Source of the DNA: a virus
Virus record (IMG/VR): IMGVR_UViG_3300025294_000010
Location: 1-44,536 of that record
Reading direction: 5' to 3' (one strand)
DNA: 44,536 nt
In this document: positions 6,795 through 14,900 of the stretch, one piece after another
How positions within the stretch are numbered: the stretch's first letter is position 1
Layout: every line of letters starts with the position of its first letter
The notes under the pieces: generated by a model
What the model was told of the DNA's origin: nothing
Database searches by the model: none
Seen by the model: the letters and a program-made list of their open reading frames with translations, nothing else
Made by a program: the position numbers and the translations under genes

Positions 6795-8596
6795 TGGCCA
6801 CCCCTGTATGGACTCCCGGCACTCTCTACCCGAACGGCTCGATCGTCCGGCCGACTGCGCCGTCCGCGCCAGGGCCGGCCGTCATCGCCAACCCGACTTT
6901 CGATGCCGGGTCGACGGGCTGGGACCTGAGCGGCGTGGCCGCCTGGTCGGCGACCGGCGGCTTCTCCACCCCGGGCTGCATCCAGTGCACCAACGGCATC
7001 GGCGCTGTCTACCTGTCGGCATTCACCCCGGTGAACCCTGGCCAGTCGGTGACGGCCAGCTGCATGATCGGCACGCCAAACGGCAGCCCCGGCAGCGGCG
7101 GCGACGTGAACATCAACTGGTACACCGCCGCTGACGTTTTCATCTCCCAGTCGCAGGGGAACACCGTAAACCGGAATGGCGGCACCGGCTTCCGCATGTC
7201 GGCAGTGACCGCCAGCGCGCCGGCCAATGCCGCCAAGTACAAGATCGGCGCCGACGTGCAGACGGCCGGCACCGGCGCCATCGTGCGAGTGGACAACTTC
7301 ACTACCTCCGTCTCCGGCGGCACGCTCTCTGGCCTGGTCTACCGCGCCACGCAGTCCGGCGTCGGCACCAGCGGCAGCAGCGAGCCGGCGTGGCCCGGCG
7401 CGGCCGGCGTCACCGTCAACGACGGCACCGTGGTGTGGGAGGGCGTGGTCGCAACCCGCATCACCTACCAGGCCGAGCCGATCCTGAAGTCCGGATCTGT
7501 CGAGCCGACCTGGCCCAGCGTGGTCGGCAACGCCGTGGCAGACGGGACGATCTCCTGGGTCGCCACCACGCGCCAGGTCACTGCGGCGCCGAACTCCAAG
7601 GTGGTGGCGATCGACTCCTCCAAGGTCTACGCCGCCGACAAGGACATCATCCGCTACAGTGCCACGGTCAACCCGCTGGACTGGACCACTCGGGATGATG
7701 CCGGCTACCTGCCCTCCGGCCTGACGCAGTACGGCAGCAACGACACCGCGGTGCTGAACCTGTACCGCGCCAACCTGGTGTCCTGGTCGGCCTCCACCTT
7801 CCAGAACTGGCAGGTCGATCCCGACCCGGCCAACATGGACAAGCTGGACGAGATGCAGGGCATCGGCTCGATCTACCAGCAGGCTGCGCAGCCGGTGGCA
7901 AAGGATCTGTTCTTCCTCGCCGCGCTCGGCTTCCGCACAGTCGGCATCTCCGCCGGCAGCACCAACCTGGTGAACGGTGATGCGGGCATGCCCATCGACC
8001 CGCTTGTGCGCGAGGAGATCGGCGATCTGACCACCAATGGCTACACGCCGCGTGGCCTGTACTACCCGTCGCTGGGCCAGTACTGGGGCGCCTTCGGGCC
8101 GCGTACCTTCGTCTACACGTTCGCCCAGCTCGGCTCGGTCGGCGCCTGGTCGGAGTACAACTTCCCGTGGCCTGTCGAGGGCCAGGCGCAGCTCGGAGAT
8201 GACCTGTACCTGCGCTCCGGCGATGCGGTCTACCGAGTGGATCCGTCGCGGCTGGCGGACCAGAACGCCGACGGCGCCGACGTGGAGGTCGTGGCTGAGA
8301 TCCAGAGCCACTACCTGGACATGAACAGCCCCGGGGTGATGAAGCAGATGCTCGGCTTCGACCTGGTGGGCAACGGCGTCGTGCGCGTCAGCTTCGGCAT
8401 CAACCAGAGCGACCTGTCGGTATTCACCGACGACGCCAGCATCCCCTCGGACACCGTGCCAGGCATGGTGATCCCCATCCCGCTGATGGCGCCGTCGTTC
8501 TCTATGCGTCTTCGTTATAGCTCAACCGATAATCCGCAAGGATGGGAATGGCTCGCCTCGAACCTGTACCTGCAGGACATGAGGAAGATGTCGTGA
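6794..8596 (+). CDS. Tail tubular-B / nozzle-like protein with N-terminal carbohydrate-binding-like domain
   Basis: 600 aa from ATG 6794 (TGATG overlap; the track start at 6629 lies inside the upstream CDS). Residues ~33-172 resemble a CBM/jelly-roll domain (FDAGSTGWDL...IVRVDNFT). Residues 180-258 repeat the SG.SEP.WP...G..V.DGT..W motif twice. Confidence 0.6.
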   Translation: MATPVWTPGTLYPNGSIVRPTAPSAPGPAVIANPTFDAGSTGWDLSGVAAWSATGGFSTPGCIQCTNGIGAVYLSAFTPVNPGQSVTASCMIGTPNGSPGSGGDVNINWYTAADVFISQSQGNTVNRNGGTGFRMSAVTASAPANAAKYKIGADVQTAGTGAIVRVDNFTTSVSGGTLSGLVYRATQSGVGTSGSSEPAWPGAAGVTVNDGTVVWEGVVATRITYQAEPILKSGSVEPTWPSVVGNAVADGTISWVATTRQVTAAPNSKVVAIDSSKVYAADKDIIRYSATVNPLDWTTRDDAGYLPSGLTQYGSNDTAVLNLYRANLVSWSASTFQNWQVDPDPANMDKLDEMQGIGSIYQQAAQPVAKDLFFLAALGFRTVGISAGSTNLVNGDAGMPIDPLVREEIGDLTTNGYTPRGLYYPSLGQYWGAFGPRTFVYTFAQLGSVGAWSEYNFPWPVEGQAQLGDDLYLRSGDAVYRVDPSRLADQNADGADVEVVAEIQSHYLDMNSPGVMKQMLGFDLVGNGVVRVSFGINQSDLSVFTDDASIPSDTVPGMVIPIPLMAPSFSMRLRYSSTDNPQGWEWLASNLYLQDMRKMS

Positions 8597-8598
8597 GG

Positions 8599-9090
8599 AT
8601 GGCCATGCCCGCCCGCGTGCGCGACTGCCGGCTGGAAGACCTGCAGGCGGTGTGCGCCGACATGCGCGAGGACGAGATCGAGCAGACGCTGGCGCTGGGC
8701 GTAAACGATCGCTACGACGCCAGCGCGGCGGCAGCGTCCCTGTGGCGCTCGCCAGGTCCAAAGATCACCATCCTGGATACCACGGGCGCCCCCATCCTGT
8801 GCGGAGGCGCCATGGAGGTATCCACTGGCGTGTACGAGGGCTGGCAGGTGGCCACAAAGACAGCCTGGGACGGCAACTGGCGGCACATCACCCGCGTGAC
8901 CCGGTGGTTCATGGCCCGCATGTTCCTGCTCGGCGCCCATCGGATGCAGATCAACTCGCTTGCCAGTCGCCGCGGTGCTTGCCAGTGGTATGCCAAAGGT
9001 CTGAAAATGACCTTTGAGGGTATTCGCAGGGGTTATGGCCGCTGCGGGGAGGACATTGCCGAATATGCACGCCTGAGGAGTGATCCATGA
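8599..9090 (+). CDS. Acetyltransferase-fold-like small virion-block protein (start ATG 8599 or GTG 8593)
   Basis: 163 aa. The N-terminal R..RLEDL pattern and the C-terminal HRMQINSLASRRGACQWYAKGLKMTFEGIRRGYGRCGEDIAEYARL resemble the GNAT C-terminal pattern (N..a...Y.k.GF..EG..r.....G.D). A canonical motif A is not evident. Confidence 0.45.
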   Translation: MAMPARVRDCRLEDLQAVCADMREDEIEQTLALGVNDRYDASAAAASLWRSPGPKITILDTTGAPILCGGAMEVSTGVYEGWQVATKTAWDGNWRHITRVTRWFMARMFLLGAHRMQINSLASRRGACQWYAKGLKMTFEGIRRGYGRCGEDIAEYARLRSDP

Positions 9091-9698
9091 GCGGTCCCAA
9101 CAACAGCGCGCAGCGTGCAGCCCAGCGGCAGGAGCAAGAGCGGCAGGCCGCGATCACCCGCACCTCGCAAGGCATCGAGGACATCTTCTCCTCGCCAGAG
9201 CGCCAGCAGCAGTACGCCGATTTCGAGAACGCCACCCGCACCCTCGGGATGCAGGACCTTGCCGAGCAGAAGCGCCAGGCTGACCTGGGCAACAAGTTCG
9301 CGCTGGCACGCTCCGGCCTGACCGGCGGCTCGCGCGCGCGGGATCTCGGAACGGCCACCGGCGAGGACTACACCAAGGGCCTGCTGACGGTTTCCCAGCG
9401 CGCGCAAGCGGCCTCGGCGGACCTGATGAGCGCCGACCAGACCGCCAAGAACAACCTCCTGGCGCTGGCGCAGAGTGGCCTGGACCTGACCACGGCATCG
9501 CAGAATGCCGCCTCGGCCATGCGGGCCAACCTACAGGCCGGCGAGGGATCTCGGCTGGCCGGCGGCATCGGCGACGTGTTCGGCACCGCCGCGGCGGTCA
9601 AGCAGGCGTCCGACGAAGCGCGCATCCGCCGCCAGGCCGAGCAGCAGTACGGCCAAAGCAACTACTCCCCCTTCTACAGCTACGGGGCCAAGGGATGA
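9087..9698 (+). CDS. Internal virion protein candidate
   Basis: 203 aa with an ATGA start overlap. It is Gln/Ala/Arg-rich and helical, and sits in the block between the tubular-like genes and the giant ejection protein. Confidence 0.55.
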   Translation: MSGPNNSAQRAAQRQEQERQAAITRTSQGIEDIFSSPERQQQYADFENATRTLGMQDLAEQKRQADLGNKFALARSGLTGGSRARDLGTATGEDYTKGLLTVSQRAQAASADLMSADQTAKNNLLALAQSGLDLTTASQNAASAMRANLQAGEGSRLAGGIGDVFGTAAAVKQASDEARIRRQAEQQYGQSNYSPFYSYGAKG

Positions 9699-10093
9699 GC
9701 GACCTGACGCTACGACCGCAGATCAAGGCGTTGCAGGCCACGTTGGAGTCCATGCCGCAGTCGCGCGACTTCGAGGCGTCGGTGGAGCATTTCTTCGGCG
9801 ACGGCACGTACAGCAGGCTCATGCGCCTCAAGGCCGACGACCTGATCGTGGGCAAGACCCATCGGCTGGATCACGTCGTGGTGGTGCTGGCCGGCGAGAT
9901 CGAGCTGGCCTGCGTCAGTGGCACTCGCACGCGCGTCATGGGCGGCCAGGTGTTCGAGTCCAAGGCTGGGGCCAAGCGTGCCATGTACGCTGTGACCGAC
10001 TGCGCGGTGCTGACCATTCACCCCAATCCGACCAACACCCGCGACATGGCCGAGCTGGAATCGGCCCTGATCGCGCCGGAGGACGCACCATGA
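9695..10093 (+). CDS. Cupin-fold-like protein
   Basis: 132 aa with an ATGA start overlap. HFFGDGTYSRLMRLKADDLIVGKTHRLDHVVVVLAGEIEL...GGQVFESKAGAKRAMYAVTDCAVLTIH follows the two-motif cupin beta-barrel pattern. Confidence 0.5.
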   Translation: MSDLTLRPQIKALQATLESMPQSRDFEASVEHFFGDGTYSRLMRLKADDLIVGKTHRLDHVVVVLAGEIELACVSGTRTRVMGGQVFESKAGAKRAMYAVTDCAVLTIHPNPTNTRDMAELESALIAPEDAP

Positions 10094-10707
10094 GCTGGGT
10101 AGCCATCGGAATCGCCGCTGCCGGTGCGCTGGCTGGACTGGCGCAGACGCAGCATGTAGCGCATCAGCAGGACCGCGCGCTGGCCGCGCAGATCACCGCG
10201 AAGGGCGCTCTCCAGAAGACCGCCGACGCCAAGATCGCACAGGCGGTGCAGGCCATGGCCGGCTCCAATGATGCCGCCGCGCGCCAGCAGTCGCAGCAGG
10301 CATACCTGGATACGCTGCAGCTCGCCAACCCGGGATCCGGCATCAACCAGGGGCCGGGCGCCTTCAGCGCTCAGTACCGGCAGGATGCGGCCAACGATGA
10401 CGCGGCGCTGCGCCAGTACGGAGCCGACCGCGCCGCGCTGATGGCGCGCCTTGATGCTCCGAAGCTGCAGCGCATGAACGAAGGCATCCTGTTCGACAAC
10501 ACCCGCAACGACCTGCGGCTGATCGGCCGGGATGCTTCCGGTCAGGCATACCTGGACCAGCTCAAGTACAACTCCATCCAGAAAGACCCCTGGGTCACCG
10601 CCGGCATCCAGCTGGCGCAAGCCTATGGGACCTCCAAGGCGATGGGCGGCGGCGCCACCTCGGATCCCTACGTCATCCAGCGCGAGCCGATCGCGCTCCA
10701 GTACTGA
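10090..10707 (+). CDS. Internal virion protein candidate with N-terminal TM helix
   Basis: 205 aa from ATG 10090 (ATGA overlap; the track start at 9505 is in the wrong context). It has an N-terminal WVAIGIAAAGALAGLA helix followed by a Gln/Ala-rich region. Confidence 0.6.
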   Translation: MSWVAIGIAAAGALAGLAQTQHVAHQQDRALAAQITAKGALQKTADAKIAQAVQAMAGSNDAAARQQSQQAYLDTLQLANPGSGINQGPGAFSAQYRQDAANDDAALRQYGADRAALMARLDAPKLQRMNEGILFDNTRNDLRLIGRDASGQAYLDQLKYNSIQKDPWVTAGIQLAQAYGTSKAMGGGATSDPYVIQREPIALQY

Positions 10708-10716
10708 GGCGCAGAC

Positions 10717-11907
10717 ATGGCAGGCAACGGATGGGCAAAGCTGGGCGAGGCGCTGGCGGGGGTTTCCCCGGCGCGGCGCGCGCAGATCGAGCAGGAGACG
10801 CAGAGCCGGCTGGCCCAGCGCGACCAGCGCGTGGCGCTCGCGCAGCAGGCGGTGATGAAGGCCCGCGACCAGGAGGGCTTGGGCCGCGCGTTCGCCGACC
10901 TGGGCATCGACAACCCGGACGCCGTGGCGGTCGTGGCGCGCTCCGGCGTCAACCCGGCGCTGACCACCCGGGCGCTGGGCGACGTGCAGGAGCAGCGCTT
11001 CCGACAGGCGGCGGTGGATGCCGCGGCCGGAGGCGACTTCGGCGCGTCCAATGCGCAGCTGATGGGCGTGGCCAGCGGCCCGGTCGAGGTCCCTAAGGTG
11101 TCCGGCGGCGTGCTGCTGGCCAACCGACTGATCCCCGGTGGCGGTGCGGTCACGGTCACGCCGGTGGGCGCGGCGCAGATCGCCGCCGACGACGCGCGCG
11201 GCCAGGCCGCCCTCATTCGCGCCCACCGGCCTGCGGCTGCCCGGAGCGGCGGCAGCGGCTCCAGCACGCCGCGCCTGTCGGACGTGGACAAGGTTGCGCT
11301 CCGCTCGGAACTGGCCGACCTGAAGCCGGAGATGGACGCGGCTCTGGATGCCGTGGCGCTCAACCAGGGCGCCACCTCCGGCCCCGGCGTGCGCAAGCTG
11401 GCCGATGCCCAGGCGGCGCTGGCGCGCCTGCAGCAGCGCCGGGACGCCATCATCCGGCGCTACGGCGGCACCGGCGGTGCCCAGCCGCCCGAGGAGGCCG
11501 GGGTCGACATCTACGGTGTGGCGATCCCGCCCGGATACACGCAGGAGCAGTTCTCCGCACTGCGCGACATCAACCTGGACCGACGCGCGCGTGGGCAGCC
11601 GTACCTCAACGGTGCGCAGGCCGAGCAGTTCCGCCGCACCGGTGCTGTGTCCATGGCAGAGCCGAACGTGCCGGCCAACGTCCCGGTGGTGGCGGGGCCT
11701 GCCGCTGCAGCGCCGGCTGCCGGCCTCGGGCGCTTGGCGCCGGCCTATGATTTCGTCAATGGCGGCTTCCAGGGCCAGAGCCAGGCGCCAGCGCAGGCAC
11801 GCGGCGCGCCGGCCTCGAACGACACGCCTCCCATGGCCGGCGCACGCAAGGCCAAGGACGGGAAATGGTACATTCAGCGCGGTGGGCAATACTTCCGGGT
11901 GGACTGA
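10717..11907 (+). CDS. Internal virion protein candidate
   Basis: 396 aa with a GAGG RBS. It is Ala/Gly/Arg-rich and lies directly upstream of the giant protein, like gp15 before gp16 in T7-type order. Confidence 0.55.
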   Translation: MAGNGWAKLGEALAGVSPARRAQIEQETQSRLAQRDQRVALAQQAVMKARDQEGLGRAFADLGIDNPDAVAVVARSGVNPALTTRALGDVQEQRFRQAAVDAAAGGDFGASNAQLMGVASGPVEVPKVSGGVLLANRLIPGGGAVTVTPVGAAQIAADDARGQAALIRAHRPAAARSGGSGSSTPRLSDVDKVALRSELADLKPEMDAALDAVALNQGATSGPGVRKLADAQAALARLQQRRDAIIRRYGGTGGAQPPEEAGVDIYGVAIPPGYTQEQFSALRDINLDRRARGQPYLNGAQAEQFRRTGAVSMAEPNVPANVPVVAGPAAAAPAAGLGRLAPAYDFVNGGFQGQSQAPAQARGAPASNDTPPMAGARKAKDGKWYIQRGGQYFRVD

Positions 11908-11910
11908 TTC

Positions 11911-14900
11911 ATGGCAAAGCTGACGGCGGTTGACTTCGATCCGTTCGATGAGAAGAAGACCGCCCCGTCACTGACGCCGGTGGACTTCGACCCGTTCTCG
12001 GATGCGCCGCGCGCCGACTTCTCCGGGGTCAGTTCGCGGGTTATCCCAGCGGCACCGGAAGGGTTCCTTGACCGCACTGGCGACTACCTGCGCCAGCAGC
12101 AGGCCAAGCCACTGGCCCAGCGCCTGCAGGAGACGCCCGGGCAGATCCTGGGTGGCGTCGAGAGCTTTGGCCGTGGCTTGGCCTCCGGCTTCAACAACCT
12201 CGGCGGCAGCGCGGCGCTGATCGGCGCCATGCCCGTCGCCGCCGGCATCGACCTGCTGACCGGACACGCTCCCGGCACCGGGCCGGCAGGCGAGGCGGTG
12301 GGGCGCTACGTGGACTCTTCCTATGCCAATGCCCAGCGGCTGCTGGCGGAGGATCCGCGGCGCGACAACCCGCTAACCATCATCCCGCAGGCGGCCGGCG
12401 CCGTTATCCCGGACCTGGCGGCCGCCATGGCCACCGGCGGTGAGTCCGCGGCGGTGCGGCCGGCAATCCAGACCGGGCTGCGCGATGCTGTGCTGGCCAG
12501 CGCCGAGCGCGCCGTGGACCAGGGCGTGCGCGCCAGCATCATCCCCTCAGTCAACCGTGGCACGCAGCTGGGCCAGCAGGTCATCCAAGCCGGCGGCACT
12601 CCGGCGGAGGCCATGGCGGCGCTCGGCAGCGGCGCGGCAGCCAACTCGCTGGCGTTCCTGGCCCCGGCGGCGACCAGCGGCTCCCTGCCGGCGCGGCTGG
12701 CGCAGGGCGCCCTGGTGGAACCAGCGGCGGGCTACCTGCAGACCCAGCTGGAGAACCTGGCGCTCCCCGACCGTCTGGGCCTGGACCAGCAGTACGACGC
12801 ACAGCAGGCCATCACCGATGCCTTCATGGGCGCCGGCCTGGGAGGCATGACCGGAGAGCGGGCGCCGGAGCCGTTGAACGACCCGGTGGCGATGCGCGGC
12901 GCGCCCGCACCGGTGAGCGACCTGTCGCCGTCGGCTCGCGCTGTCGGCGGATTCGATGAGGCGCGCCTGACGCCGGTGGAGCGTGCCCCGGAATTCGTGG
13001 ATGAGCCGGCGCCGCGCGCCGCCGTCACGGCGCCTGCACCCGAAGCGCGAGAGACTGCACGCCCCTCCCCTGCGCCTGATGTGCGCGAGTCCGTCGCCCC
13101 CGACAGCGGCGCCGCGACGCTGGCGCGGGAGGAGGTTCTTTCTGAGCCGGCGACGGACACCCGGGTTGCGCTTGAGCCGCAGGCACCGCAGGAAACCCGT
13201 GAGGTGGTGGCCAAGACGCCTCGGGGCGAATTCCGCTTGGAGGACCGCCCTGCCGTCGCCGGCCGCGACTTCAGCGAGTTCGGACAGATCCGAGAGGTGA
13301 CGGCCTACGATGGTGATACGCCCATCGGCACGCTGGTATATGCGAATGACGGAACCCCTCCAACCGTTGAGGTGAATCCGGAATACCAGCGCCGCGGCGT
13401 GGCAACGGCCATGCTGAAGCTGGCGCGAGAGCAGGGTGGCGTGCTTGGTGCTGCGGATACCGGAATGTCCGGCCGTGGGCGTCCAACCTACCGGACCGAT
13501 GAAGGGCAGGCATTCCGCAGCGCGGCAGACGAATCCAGCGTGCAGTTCTTTGCCCCTGAACAGCAGGCTTCCCCAGCCGCCCCAGCCACTCCCCAGGCAG
13601 AGGAGGCGCTGGCTCCGGTTTCCCAGCCTATCCCCATGCCGGCAGCACCGCCGGCGGCCGAGGCGCCCCCGCCCGCGCCGCGCGAGTCCACCGGAATCAA
13701 GCATGCCGTCACCGACATGGAGCGCGCGCGCGAGGGCCGCGACCCAATCTCCCGCGAGCTGCGCCAGTCCAACGAGCAGACCTACGGCGAGGCGATGCAG
13801 CGGCGCACCGAGGATCCAACCTGGACGGCCTCGCTGATCGAGCGGCACAAGACCTCCACTACGCCGGGCACGCTGACGGCGACCGAGCAGATGGCGCTCC
13901 TGCAGGACAAGGTGGCGCTTCGCCAGGAGCGCGACGCCGCCGCCACCCGTGTGGGCAACGACAGGCTGCCGGAGAGCGAGCGCGCCGCGGCCAAAGCGGC
14001 GTGGCTGCGGGCAGAGCAGGCCATCAACGACATCGACGTGGTGACCAGCGAGGCCGGCTCGAACATCGGCCGCGCGCTGCAGATCCGCCAGCGCATGCTG
14101 CGCGACGACTTCAGCCTGGAAGCCATGGAGCGCCGCGAGCGCGCCGTGCGCGGTCGCCCTCTGACGCAGGCCGAGCATGCCCAGCTGGTGCAGCTGTCCG
14201 AGCGAATCAAGGGGCTGGAGCGCGACCTGGAGGCCGCACGCAAGGCTGTGGAGGACCATGACGCCACCCGGGGCGTGAAGCAGGCATACGAGTCCATCCT
14301 GAAGGAGGTGGTCGGCCAGTCGCGCACCGCGGCGCGCGCCGGCAAGCCGAAGCTCGATGTCATGCGCGAGCGGGCGGAGAAATCCCGCGCCGAGATCCGC
14401 AAGTCCCTGGGCCAGTTCAACTCGGGCGTGGACCCTGCCCTATTTGGGCACCTGGTCAACATCGGCGCCTACCACGTCGCCGACGGCGCGGTGCGCCTGA
14501 AGGACTGGATGACCCGGATGAAGGCCGAGCTGGGCGACGTGTTCGAGCGCGTGCGCGACATCCTGCCGGACGTGTTTGCCGCCAGTCGGATGAGCGATCG
14601 CGCGGCGGAAACCCAGTTCAAGGCCGATGCGCGCACCGGCGAGGCGCTGACGCCTACCGACATCGCCGCCGAGGTCGACCCGGAGAACGTCACCACGGCC
14701 AACGTGCGCGACCTGGCGCTGGCCCACATCCGGTCCGGCCTGCGTGGCGAGGATGCCGTCATGAAGGCCGTGCACGGCGATCTGGAGGACGCTGGCGCCG
14801 GCCTGACCGAGCGGGAGGTGCGTCAGCTGTTCTCCGAATACGGCCGGCAGCGCAATCCGACGCGGGATGCCGATCGCGCCGAGCTGGGGCGCCTGCGCCA

